This document shows, piece after piece, positions 25,121 through 39,000 of a DNA stretch of 64,000 nt; position 1 is the first letter of the stretch; each line of letters begins with the position of its first letter. The translations under genes were made by a program, and so were the position numbers. Under the pieces are notes generated by a model. It made no database searches and was not told where the DNA came from. It saw only the letters and a program-made list of their open reading frames with translations. The stretch is from positions 1 through 64,000 of the forward strand of contig NEEC01000061.1 in NCBI GenBank assembly GCA_002189035.1, written 5' to 3'. This DNA comes from Utricularia gibba (taxonomy: Eukaryota > Plantae > Magnoliophyta).

Positions 25121-28100
25121 AATATATGTCAAAATCTTGAATTTCGCGGCATTCTCATGCGTTTCTACGGGTGTGCTCGGCCCTGGGACTTCCTACACCA
25201 AGGGGTGGCCTCGCGCAGCCTCGCCATTGACGCCACATCGTCCAAACCGTTTAGAGTCACGCGACACACAGCATACCGTTTCGAAGCTCATTCGAGACGG
25301 TCGTTTTTTGTGTTGGGAGCTTGCCCATCCGAGGAAAGTTCGAAGCTCGAAGGATGGCCTTATATTAGACTTCAATAGTGTCCCAAAATGGTCTAGCCAT
25401 TGGGGACATCGCGACTCCTTTGCTCGTTTTTATGCGAAAATTATTCTCGGATTGCGAAACACGCGTGATTCGTTAATATATGTCAAAATCTTGAATTTCG
25501 CGGCATTCTCATGCGTTTCTCCGAGTGTGCTCGGGCCCTGGGAATTCCTACACCAAGGGTGGGCCTCGCGCATCCTTCGCAATTGACGCCACAACTCCCA
25601 AACCGTTTAGAGTCACGTGGCATAAAGAAATTCGTTTCGAAGCTCATTCGGAGTCGGTCGTTTTTCGTGTTGCGAACTCGCCTATCTGAGGAAAGTTCGA
25701 AGCTCGAAGGATGGCCCTATATTAGCCTTCAATGGTGTCACAAAATGGTCTAGCCATTGGGGACATTGCGACTCCTTTGCTCGTTTTTATGCGAAAACTA
25801 ATCTCGGCTTGCGAAACACGCGTGATTCGTTAATATATGTCAAAATCTTGAATTTCGCGGCATTCTCATGCGTTTCTCCGAGTGTGCTCGGGCCCTGGGA
25901 ATTCCTACACCAAGGGTGGGCCTCGCGCATCCTTCGCAATAGACGCCACAACTCCCAAACCGTTTAGAGTCACGTGGCATAAAGAAATTCGTTTCGAAGC
26001 TCATTATGATTCGGTCGTTTTTCGTGTTGCCAACTCACCCATCTGAGGAAAGTTCGAAGCTCGAAGGATGGCCCTATATTAGCCTTCAATGGTGTCACAA
26101 AATGGTCTAGCCATTGGGGACATTGCGACTCCTTTGCTCGTTTTTATGCGAAAACTAATCTCGGCTTGCGAAACACGTGATTCGTTAATATATGTCAAAA
26201 TCTTGAATTTCGCGGCATTCTCATGCGTTTCTCCGAGTGTGCTCGGGCCCTGGGAATTCCTACCTTAAGGGTGGCCTCGCGCAGCCTTCGCAATTGACGC
26301 CACAACTTCCAAACCGTTTAGAGTCACGTGGCACAAGCAATTCGTTTCGAAGCTCATTCTGAGACGGTCAATTTTCGTGTTGCGAACTCGCCCATCCGAG
26401 GAAAGTTCGAAGCTCGAAGGATGGCCTTATATTAGCCTTCAATGGTTTCAGAAATGGTCTAGCCATTGGGACATTGCGACTCCTTTGCTCGTTTTTATGC
26501 GAAAACTAATCTCGGCTTGCGAAACACGCGTGATTCGTTAATATATGTGAAAATCTTGAATTTCGCGGCATTCTCATGCGTTTCTACGGGTGTGCTCGGG
26601 CCCTGGACTTCCTACACCAAGGGTGGCCTCGCGCAGCCATCGCCATTGACGCCACATCGTCCAAACCGTTTAGATTCACGCGACACACAGCATACCGTTT
26701 CGAAGCTCATTCCGAGACGGTCGTTTTTCGTGTTGGGAGCTTGCCCATCCGAGGAAAGTTCGATGCTCGAAGGATGGCCTTATATTAGACTTCAATAGTG
26801 TCCCAAAATGGTCTAGCCATTGGGGACATCGCGACTCCTTTGCTCGTTTTTATGCGAAAATTATTCTCGGATTGCGAAACACGCATGATTCGTTAATATA
26901 TGTCAAAATCTTGAATTTCGCGGCATTCTCATGCGTTTCTCCGAGTGTGCTCGGGCCCTGGGAATTCCTACACCAAGGGTGGGCCTCGCGCATCCTTCGC
27001 AATTGACGCCACAACTCCCAAACCGTTTAGAGTCACGTGGCATAAAGAAATTCGTTTCGAAGCTCATTCTGAGTCGGTCGTTTTTCGTGTTGCGAACTCG
27101 CCCATCTGAGGAAAGTTCGAAGCTCGAAGGATGGCCCTATATTAGCCTTCAATGGTGTCACAAAATGGTCTAGCCATTGGGGACATCGCGACTCCTTTGC
27201 TCGTTTTTATGCGAAAAATTATCTCGGATTGCGAAACACGCGTGATTCGTTAATATATGTCAAAATCTTGAATTTCGCGGCATTCTCATGCGTTTCTCCG
27301 AGTGTGCTCGGGCCCTGGGAATTCCTACACCAAGGGTGGGCCTCGCGCATCCTTCGCAATTGACGCCACAACTCCCAAACCGTTTAGAGTCACGTGGCAT
27401 AAAGAAATTCGTTTCGAAGCTCATTCGGAGTCGGTCGTTTTTCGTGTTGCGAACTCGCCTATCTGAGGAAAGTTCGAAGCTCGAAGGATGGCCCTATATT
27501 AGCCTTCAATGGTGTCACAAAATGGTCTAGCCATTGGGGACGTTGGGACTCGTTTGCTCGTTTTTATGCGAAAACTAATCTCGGCTTGCGAAACACGCGT
27601 GATTCGTTAATATATGTCAAAATCTTGAATTTCGCGGCATTCTCATGCGTTTCTCCGAGTGTGCTCGGGCCCTGGGAATTCCTACACCAAGGGTGGGCCT
27701 CGCGCATCCTTCGCAATGACGCCACAACTCCCAAACCGTTTAGAGTCACGTGGCATAAAGAAATTCGTTTCGAAGCTCATTATGATTCGGTCGTTTTTCG
27801 TGTTGCGAACTCACCCATCTGAGGAAAGTTCGAAGCTCGAAGGATGGCCCTATATTAGCCTTCAATGGTGTCACAAAATGGTCTAGCCATTGGGGACATT
27901 GCGACTCCTTTGCTCGTTTTTATGCGAAAACTAATCTCGGCTTGCGAAACACGCGTGATTCGTTAATATATGTCAAAATCTTGAATTTCGCGGCATTCTC
28001 ATGCGTTTCTACGGGTGTGCTCGGGCCCTGGGACTTCCTACACCAAGGGTGGCCTCGCGCAGCCATCGCCATTGACGCCACATCGTCCAAACCGTTTAGA

Positions 28101-30092
28101 TTCACGCGACACACAGCATACCGTTTCGAAGCTCATTCCGAGACGGTCGTTTTTCGTGTTGGGAGCTTGCCCATCCGAGGAAAGTTCGATGCTCGAAGGA
28201 TGGCCTTATATTAGACTTCAATAGTGTCCCAAAATGGTCTAGCCATTGGGGACATCGCGACTCCTTTGCTCGTTTTTATGCGAAAATTATTCTCGGATTG
28301 CGAAACACGCGTGATTCGTTAATATATGTCAAAATCTTGAATTTCGCGGCATTCTCATGCGTTTCTCCGAGTGTGCTCGGGCCTGGGAATTCCTACACCA
28401 AGGTGGGCCTCGCGCATCCTTCGCAATTGACGCCACAACTCCCAAACCGTTTAGAGTCACGTGGCATAAAGAAATTCGTTTCGAAGCTCATTCGAGTCGG
28501 TCGTTTTTCGTGTTGCGAACTCGCCTATCTGAGGAAAGTTCGAAGCTCGAAGGATGGCCCTATATTAGCCTTCAATGGTGTCACAAAATGGTCTAGCCAT
28601 TGGGGACGTTGGGACTCGTTTGCTCGTTTTTATGCGAAAACTAATCTCGGCTTGCGAAACACGCGTGATTCGTTAATATATGTCAAAATCTTGAATTTCG
28701 CGGCATTCTCATGCGTTTCTCCGAGTGTGCTCGGGCCCTGGGAATTCCTACACCAAGGGTGGGCCTCGCGCATCCTTCGCAATAGACGCCACAACTCCCA
28801 AACCGTTTAGAGTCACGTGGCATAAAGAAATTCGTTTCGAAGCTCATTATGATTCGGTCGTTTTTCGTGTTGCCAACTCACCCATCTGAGGAAAGTTCGA
28901 AGCTCGAAGGATGGCCCTATATTAGCCTTCAATGGTGTCACAAAATGGTCTAGCCATTGGGGACATTGCGACTCCTTTGCTCGTTTTTATGCGAAAACTA
29001 ATCTCGGCTTGCGAAACACGCGTGATTCGTTAATATATGTCAAAATCTTGAATTTCGCGGCATTCTCATGCGTTTCTCCGAGTGTGCTCGGGCCCTGGGA
29101 ATTCCTACCAAGGGTGGCCTCGCGCAGCCTTCGCAATTGACGCCACAACTTCCAAACCGTTTAGAGTCACGTGGCACAAAGCAATTCGTTTCGAAGCTCA
29201 TTCTGAGACGGTCGTTTTTCGTGTTGCGAACTCGCCCATCCGAGGAAAGTTCGAAGCTCGAAGGATGGCCTTATATTAGCCTTCAATGGTTCAGAAATGG
29301 TCTAGCCATTGGGGACATTGCGACTCCTTTGCTCGTTTTTATCGAAAACTAATCTCGGCTTGCGAAACACGCGTGATTCGTTAATATATGTCAAAATCTT
29401 GAATTTCGCGGCATTCTCATGCGTTTCTACGGGTGTGCTCGGGCCCTGGACTTCCTACACCAAGGGGTGGCCTCGCGCAGCCATCGCCATTGACGCCACA
29501 TCGTCCAAACCGTTTAGATTCACGCGACACACAGCATACCGTTTCGAAGCTCATTCCGAGACGGTCGTTTTTCGTGTTGGGAGCTTGCCCATCCGAGGAA
29601 AGTTCGATGCTCGAAGGATGGCCTTATATTAGACTTCAATAGTGTCCCAAAATGGTCTAGCCATTGGGGACATCGCGACTCCTTTGCTCGTTTTTATGCG
29701 AAAATTATTCTCGGATTGCGAAACACGCATGATTCGTTAATATATGTCAAAAACTTGAATTTCGCGGCATTCTCATGCGTTTCTCCGAGTGTGCTCGGGC
29801 CTGGGAATTCCTACACCAAGGGTGGCCTCGCGCATCCTTCGCAATTGACGCCACAACTCCCAAACCGTTTAGAGTCACGTGGCATAAAGAAATTCGTTTC
29901 GAAGCTCATTCTGAGTCGGTCGTTTTTCGTGTTGCGAACTCGCCCATCTGAGGAAAGTTCGAAGCTCGAAGGATGGCCCTATATTAGCCTTCAATGGTGT
30001 CACAAAATGGTCTAGCCATTGGGACGTTGGGACTCGTTTGCTCGTTTTTATGCGAAAACTAATCTCGGCTTGCGAAACACGCGTGATTCGTT
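25121..30092 (+). repeat. Duplicated B-C-D-F-B-E hexamer block with an 8-monomer period (~2844 bp)
   Basis: First block: B25121 C25475 D25832 F26187 B26540 E26895, then C27252 D27609. Second block: B27965 C28321 D28675 F29032 B29383 E29739. F = CAACTTCC, GTGGCACAA(A)GCAATTCG, GGT(T)TCAGAAATGG. E = CATTCTGAGTCGG, preceded by ACACGCATG. Confidence 0.8.
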
Positions 30093-33000
30093 AATATATG
30101 TCAAAATCTTGAATTTCGCGGCATTCTCATGCGTTTCTCCGAGTGTGCTCGGGCCCTGGGAATTCCTACATTAAGGGGTGGCCTCGCGCAGCCTTCGCCA
30201 TTGACGCCACATCGTCCAAACCGTTTAGAGTCACGCGACACACAGCATACCGTTTCGAAGCTCATTCTGAGACGATCGTTTTTCGTGTTGGAGTTCGCCC
30301 ATCCGAGGAAAGTTCGAAGCTCGACGGATGGCCCTATATAAGCCTTGAATGGTGTCACAAATGGCCTAGCCATTGGGGACATCGCGACTCCTTTGCTCGT
30401 TTTTATGCGAAAATTATTCTCGGATTGCGAAACACGCGTGATTCGTTAATATATGTCAAAATCTTGAATTTCGCGGCATTCTCATGCGTTTCTCCGAGTG
30501 TGCTCGGGCCCTGGGAATTCCTACACCAAGGGTGGGCCTCGCGCATCCTTCGCAATTGACGCCACAACTCCCAAACCGTTTAGAGTCACGTGGCATAAAG
30601 AAATTCGTTTCGAAGCTCATTATGATTCGGTCGTTTTTCGTGTTGCGAACTCGCCCATCTGAGGAAAGTTCGAAGCTCGAAGGATGGCCCTATATTAGCC
30701 TTCAATGGTGTCACAAAATGGTCTAGCCATTGGGGACATTGCGACTCCTTTGCTCGTTTTTATGCGAAAACTAATCTCGGCTTGCGAAACACGCGTGATT
30801 CGTTAATATATGTCAAAATCTTGAATTTCGCGGCATTCTCATGCGTTTCTACGGGTGTGCTCGGGCCCTGGGACTTCCTACACCAAGGGTGGCCTCGCGC
30901 AGCCATCGCCATTGACGCCACATCGTCCAAACCGTTTAGATCACGCGACACACAGCATACCGTTTCGAAGCTCATTCCGAGACGGTCGTTTTTCGTGTTG
31001 GGAGCTTGCCCATCCGAGGAAAGTTCGATGCTCGAAGGATGGCCTTATATTAGACTTCAATGTGTCCCAAAATGGTCTAGCCATTGGGGACATCGCGACT
31101 CCTTTGCTCGTTTTTATGCGAAAATTATTCTCGGATTGCGAAACACGCGTGATTCGTTAATATATGTCAAAATCTTGAATTTCGCGGCATTCTCATGCGT
31201 TTCTCCGAGTGTGCTCGGGCCCTGGGAATTCCTACACCAAGGGTGGGCCTCGCGCATCCTTCGCAATTGACGCCACAACTCCCAAACCGTTTAGAGTCAC
31301 GTGGCATAAAGAAATTCGTTTCGAAGCTCATTCGGAGTCGGTCGTTTTTCGTGTTGCGAACTCGCCTATCTGAGGAAAGTTCGAAGCTCGAAGGATGGCC
31401 CTATATTAGCCTTCAATGGTGTCACAAATGGCCTAGCCATTGGGGACATCGCGACTCCTTTGCTCGTTTTTATGCGAAAATTATTCTCGGATTGCGAAAC
31501 ACGCGTGATTCGTTAATATATGTCAAAATCTTGAATTTCGCGGCATTCTCATGCGTTTCTACGGTGTGCTCGGGCCCTGGGAATTCCTACATTAAGGGGT
31601 GGCCTCGCGCAGCCTTCGCCATTGACGCCACATCGTCCAAACCGTTTAGAGTCACGTGGCACAAAGCATTTCGTTTCGAAGCTCATTCCGAGACGGTCGT
31701 TTTTCGTGTTGGGAGCTTGCCCATCCGAGGAAAGTTCGATGCTCGAAGGATGGCCTTATATTAGACTTCAATGGTGTCACAAAATGGTCTAGCCATTGGG
31801 GACGTTGGGACTCGTTTGCTCGTTTTTATGCGAAAACTAATCTCGGCTTGCGAAACACGCGTGATTCGTTAATATATGTCAAAATCTTGAATTTCGCGGC
31901 ATTCTCATGCGTTTCTCCGAGTGTGCTCGGGCCCTGGGAATTCCTACACCAAGGGTGGCCTCGCGCATCCTTCGCAATAGACGCCACAACTCCCAAACCG
32001 TTTAGAGTCACGTGGCATAAAGAAATTCGTTTCGAAGCTCATTATGATTCGGTCGTTTTTCGTGTTGCGAACTCACCCATCTGAGGAAAGTTCGAAGCTC
32101 GAAGGATGGCCCTATATTAGCCTTCAATGGTGTCACAAAATGGTCTAGCCATTGGGGACATCGCGACTCCTTTGCTCGTTTTTATGCGAAAATTATTCTC
32201 GGATTGCGAAACACGCGTGATTCGTTAATATATGTCAAAATCTTGAATTTCGCGGCATTCTCATGCGTTTCTCCGAGTGTGCTCGGGCCCTGGGAATTCC
32301 TACACCAAGGGTGGCCTCGCGCATCCTTCGCAATTGACGCCACAACTCCCAAACCGTTTAGAGTCACATGGCATAAAGAAATTCGTTTCGAAGCTCATTC
32401 GAGTCGGTCGTTTTTCGTGTTGCGAACTCGCCTATCTGAGGAAAGTTCGAAGCTCGAAGGATGGCCCTATATTAGCCTTCAATGGTGTCACAAAATGGTC
32501 TAGCCATTGGGGACGTTGGGACTCGTTTGCTTGTTTTTATGCGAAAACTAATCTCGGCTTGCGAAACACGCGTGATTCGTTAATATATGTCAAAATCTTG
32601 AATTTCGCGGCATTCTCATGCGTTTCTCCGAGTGTGCTCGGGCCCTGGGAATTCCTACACCAAGGGTGGGCCTCGCGCATCCTTCGCAATAGACGCCACA
32701 ACTCCCAAACCGTTTAGAGTCACGTGGCATAAAGAAATTCGTTTCGAAGCTCATTATGATTCGGTCGTTTTTCGTGTTGCCAACTCACCCATCTGAGGAA
32801 AGTTCGAAGCTCGAAGGATGGCCCTATATTAGCCTTCAATGGTGTCACAAAATGGTCTAGCCATTGGGGACATTGCGACTCCTTTGCTCGTTTTTATGCG
32901 AAAACTAATCTCGGCTTGCGAAACACACGTGATTCGTTAATATATGTCAAAATCTTGAATTTCGCGGCATTCTCATGCGTTTCTCCGAGTGTGTTCGGGC

Positions 33001-36000
33001 CCTGGGAATTCCTACCTTAAGGGGTGGCCTCGCGCAGCCTTCGCAATTGACGCCACAACTTCCAAACCGTTTAGAGTCACGTGGCACAAAGCAATTCGTT
33101 TCGAAGCTCATTCTGAGACGGTCAATTTTCGTGTTGCGAACTCGCCCATCCGAGGAAAGTTCGAAGCTCGAAGGATGGCCTTATATTAGCCTTCAATGGT
33201 TTCAGAAAATGGTCTAGCCATTGGGGACATTGCGACTCCTTTGCTCGTTTTTATCGAAAACTAATCTCGGCTTGCGAAACACGCGTGATTCGTTAATATA
33301 TGTGAAAATCTTGAATTTCGCGGCATTGTCATGCGTTTCTACGGGTGTGCTCGGGCCCTGTGACTTCCTACACCAAGGGTGGCCTCGCGCAGCCATCGCC
33401 ATTGACGCCACATCGTCCAAACCGTTTAGATTCACGCGACACACAGCATACCGTTTCGAAGCTCATTCCGAGACGGTCGTTTTTCGTGTTGGGAGCTTGC
33501 CCATCCGAGGAAAGTTCGATGCTCGAAGGATGGCCTTATATTAGACTTCAATAGTGTCCCAAAATGGTCTAGCCATTGGGGACATCGCGACTCCTTTGCT
33601 CGTTTTTATGCGAAAATTATTCTCGGATTGCGAAACACGCATGATTCGTTAATATATATCAAAATCTTGAATTTCGCGGCATTCTCATGCGTTTCTCCGA
33701 GTGTGCTCGGGCCCTGGGAATTCCTACACCAAGGGTGGGCCTCGCGCATCCTTCGCAATTGACGCCACAACTCCCAAACCGTTTAGAGTCACGTGGCATA
33801 AAGAAATTCGTTTCGAAGCTCATTCGGAGTCGGTCGTTTTTCGTGTTGCGAACTCGCCTATCTGAGGAAAGTTCGAAGCTCGAAGGATGGCCCTATATTA
33901 GCCTTCAATGGTGTCACAAAATGGTCTAGCCATTGGGGACGTTGGGACTCGTTTGCTCGTTTTTATGCGAAAACTAATCTCGGCTTGCGAAACACGCGTG
34001 ATTCGTTAATATATGTCAAAATCTTGAATTTCGCGGCATTCTCATGCGTTTCTCCGAGTGTGCTCGGGCCCTGGGAATTCCTACATTAAGGGGTGGCCTC
34101 GCGCAGCCTTCGCCATTGACGCCACATCGTCCAAACCGTTTAGAGTCACGCGACACACAGCATACCGTTTCGAAGCTCTTTCTGAGACGATCATTTTTCG
34201 TGTTGGGAGTTCGCCCATCCGAGGAAAGTTCGAAGCTCGACGGATGGCCCTATATAAGCCTTGAATGGTGTCACAATATGGCCTAGCCATTGGGGACATC
34301 GCGACTCCTTTGCTCGTTTTTATGCGAAAATTATTCTCGGATTGCGAAACACGCGTGATTCGTTAATATATGTCAAAATCTTGAATTTCGCGGCATTCTC
34401 ATGCGTTTCTCCGAGTGTGCTCGGGCCCTGGGAATTCCTACACCAAGGGTGGGCCTCGCGCATCCTTCGCAATTGACGCCACAACTCCCAAACCGTTTAG
34501 AGTCACGTGGCATAAAGAAATTCGTTTCGAAGCTCATTATGATTCGGTCGTTTTCGTGTTGCGAACTCGCCCATCTGAGGAAAGTTCGAAGCTCGAAGGA
34601 TGGCCCTATATTAGCCTTCAATGGTGTCACAAAATGGTCTAGCCATTGGGGACATTGCGACTCCTTTGCTCGTTTTTATGCGAAAACTAATCTCGGCTTG
34701 CGAAACACGCGTGATTCGTTAATATATGTCAAAATCTTGAATTTCGCGGCATTCTCATGCGTTTCTACGGGTGTGCTCGGGCCCTGGGACTTCCTACACC
34801 AAGGGGTGGCCTCGCGCAGCCATCGCCATTGACGCCACATCGTCCAAACCGTTTAGATTCACGCGACACACAGCATACCGTTTCGAAGCTCATTCCGAGA
34901 CGGTCGTTTTTCGTGTTGGGAGCTTGCCCATCCGAGGAAAGTTCGAAGCTCGAAGGATGGCCTTATATTAGCCTTCAATGGTGTCCCAAAATGGTCTAGC
35001 CATTGGGACATCGCGACTCCTTTGCTCGTTTTTATGCGAAAATTATTCTCGGATTGCGAAACACGCGTGATTCGTTAATATATGTCAAAATCTTGAATTT
35101 CGCGGCATTCTCATGCGTTTCTCCGAGTGTGCTCGGGCCTGGGAATTCCTACATTAAGGGGTGGCCTCGCGCAGCCTTCGCCATTGACGCCACATCGTCC
35201 AAACCGTTTAGAGTCACGCGACACAAGCATACCGTTTCGAAGCTCATTCTGAGACGATCGTTTTTTCGTGTTGGGAGTTCGCCCATCGAGGAAAGTTCGA
35301 AGCTCGACGGATGGCCCTATATAAGCCTTGAATGGTGTCACAAAATGGCCTAGCCATTGGGGACATCGCGACTCCTTTGCTCGTTTTTATGCGAAAATTA
35401 TTCTCGGATTGCGAAACACGCGTGATTCGTTAATATATGTCAAAATCTTGAATTTCGCGGCATTCTCATGCGCGTTTCCGTGTGCTCGGGCCCTGGGAAT
35501 TCCTACATTAAGGGGTGCCTCGCGCAGCCTTCGCCATTGACGCCACACATCGTCCAAACCGTTTAGAGTCACGTGGCACAAAGCATTTCGTTTCGAAGCT
35601 CATTCGAGACGGTCGTTTTTCGTGTTGGGAGCTTGCCCATCCGAGGAAAGTTCGAGCTCGAAGGATGGCCCTATATTAGCCTTCAATGGTGTCCCAAAAT
35701 GGTCTAGCCATTGGGGACATCGCGACTCCTTTGCTCGTTTTTATGCGAAAATTATTCTCGGATTGCGAAACACGCGTGATTCGTTAATATATGTCAAAAT
35801 CTTGAATTTCGCGGCATTCTCATGCGTTTCTCCGAGTGTGCTCGGGCCCTGGAATTCCTACACCAAGGGTGTGGCCTCGCGCATCCTTCGCAATTGACGC
35901 CACACTCCCAAACCGTTTAGAGTCACGTGCATAAAGAAATTCGTTTCGAAGCTCATTTATGATTCGGTCGTTTTTCGTGTTGGAACTCACCCATCTGAGG

Positions 36001-39000
36001 AAAGTTCGAAGCTCGAAGGATGGCCCTATATTAGCCTTCAATGGTGTCACAAAATGGTCTAGCCATTGGGGACATTGCGACTCCTTTGCTCGTTTTTATG
36101 CGAAAACTAATCTCGGCTTGCGAAACACACGTGATTCGTTAATATATGTCAAAATCTTGAATTTCGCGGCATTCTCATGCGTTTCTCCGAGTGTGTTCGG
36201 GCCCTGGGAATTCCTACAAAGGGGTGGCCTCGCGCAGCCTTCGCATTGACGCCACAACTTCCAAACCGTTTAGAGTCACGCACAACTTCCAAACCGTTTA
36301 GAGTCACGTGGCACAAAGCAATTCGTTTCGAAGCTCATTCTGAGACGGTCAATTTTCGTGTTGCGAACTCGCCCATCCGAGGAAAGTTCGAAGCTCGAAG
36401 GATGGCCTTATATTAGCCTTCAATGGTTTCAAAAGTGGTCTAGCCATTGGGGACATTGCGACTCCTTTGCTCGTTTTTATCGAAAACTAATCTCGGCTTG
36501 CGAAACACGCGTGATTCGTTAATATATGTCAAAATCTTGAATTTCGCGGCATTCTCATGCGTTTCTACGGGTGTGCTCGGGCCCTGGGACTTCCTACACC
36601 AAGGGGTGGCCTCGCGCAGCCTCGCCATTGACGCCACATCGTCCAAACCGTTTAGAGTCACGCGACACACAGCATACCGTTTCGAAGCTCATTCCGAGAC
36701 GGTCGTTTTTCGTGTTGGGAGCTTGCCCATCCGAGGAAAGTTCGAAGCTCGAAGGATGGCCTATATTAGCCTTCAATGGTGTCCAAAAATGGTCTAGCCA
36801 TTGGGGACATCGCGACTCCTTTGCTCGTTTTTATGCGAAAATTATTCTCGGATTGCGAAACACGCGTGATTCGTTAATATATGTCAAAATCTTGAATTTC
36901 GCGGCATTCTCATGCGTTTCTCCGAGTGTGCTCGGGCCCTGGGAATTCCTACACCAAGGGTGGGCCTCGCGCAGCCTTCGCAATTGACGCCACATCCAAA
37001 CCGTTTAGAGTCACGTGGCCGTTTCGAAGCTCATTCGAGACGGTCGTTTTTCGTGTTGGAACTCGCCCATCCGAGGAAAGTTCGAAGCTCGAAGGATGGC
37101 CCTATATTAGCCTTCAATGGTGTCACAAAATGGTCTAGCCATTGGGGACGTTGGGACTCGTTTGCTCGTTTTTATGCGAAAATAATCTCGGCTTGCGAAA
37201 CACGCGTGATTCGTTAATATATGTCAAAATCTTGAATTTCGCGGCATTCTCATGCGTTTCTCCGAGTGTGCTCGGGCCCTGGGAATTCCTACATTAAGGG
37301 GTGGCCTCGCGCAGCCTTCGCCATTGACGCCACATCGTCCAAACCGTTTAGAGTCACGCGACACACAGCATACCGTTTCGAAGCTCATTCTGAGACGTCG
37401 TTTTTCGTGTTGGGAGTTCGCCCATCCGAGGAAAGTTCGAAGCTCGACGGATGGCCCTATATAAGCCTTGAATGGTGTCACAAAATGGCCTAGCCATTGG
37501 GGACATTGCGACTCCTTTGCTCGTTTTTATGCGAAAATTATTCTCGGATTGCGAAACACGCGTGATTCGTTAATATATGTCAAAATCTTGAATTTCGCGG
37601 CATTCTCATGCGTTTCTCCGAGTGTGCTCGGGCCCTGGGAATTCCTACACCAAGGGTGGCCTCGCGCAGCCTTCGCATTGACGCCACAACTCCCAAACCG
37701 TTTAGAGTCACGTGGCATAAAGCATTCGTTTCGAAGCTCATTCTGACGGTCGTTTTTCGTGTTGGAACTCGCCCATCCGAGGAAAGTTCGAAGCTCGAAG
37801 GATGGCCCTATATTAGCCTTCAATGGTGTCACAAAATGGTCTAGCCATTGGGGACATTGCGACTCCTTTGCTCGTTTTTATGCGAAAACTAATCTCGGCT
37901 TGCGAAACACGCGTGATTCGTTAATATATGTCAAAATCTTGAATTTCGCGGCATTCTCATGCGTTTCTCGGTGTGCTCGGGCCCTGGGACTTCCTACACC
38001 AAGGGGTGGCCTCGCGCAGCCTTCGCCATTGACGCCACATCGTCCAAACCGTTTAGAGTCACGCGACACACAGCATACCGTTTCGAAGCTCATTCCGAGA
38101 CGGTCGTTTTTCGTGTTGGGAGCTTGCCCATCCGAGGAAAGTTCGAAGCTCGAAGGATGGCCTTATATTAGCCTTCAATGGTGTCACAAAATGGTCTAGC
38201 CATTGGGGACATCGCGACTCCTTTGCTCGTTTTTATGCGAAAATTATTCTCGGATTGCGAAACACGCGTGATTCGTTAATATATGTCAAAATCTTGAATT
38301 TCGCGGCATTCTCATGCGTTTCTCCGAGTGTGCTCGGGCCTGGGAATTCCTACATTAAGGGGTGGCCTCGCGCAGCCTTCGCATTGACGCCACATCGTCC
38401 AAACCGTTTAGAGTCACGCGACACACAGCATACCGTTTCGAAGCTCATTCTGAGACGTCGTTTTTCGTGTTGGGAGTTCGCCCATCCGAGGAAAGTTCGA
38501 AGCTCGACGGATGGCCCTATATAAGCCTTGAATGGTGTCACAAAATGGCCTAGCCATTGGGGACATCGCGACTCCTTTGCTCGTTTTTATGCGAAAATTA
38601 TTCTCGGATTGCGAAACACGCGTGATTCGTTAATATATGTCAAAATCTTGAATTTCGCGGCATTCTCATGCGTTTCTACGGGTGTGCTCGGGCCCTGGGA
38701 ATTCCTACATTAAGGGGTGGCCTCGCGCAGCCTTCGCCATTGACGCCACATCGTCCAAACCGTTTAGAGTCACGCGACACAAGCATTCGTTTCGAAGCTC
38801 ATTCCGAGACGGTCGTTTTTCGTGTTGGGAGCTTGCCCATCCGAGGAAAGTTCGAAGCTCGAAGGATGGCCTATATTAGCCTTCAATGGTGTCACAAAAT
38901 GGTCTAGCCATTGGGGACATCGCGACTCCTTTGCTCGTTTTTATGCGAAAATTATTCTCGGATTGCGAAACACGCGTGATTCGTTAATATATGTCAAAAT

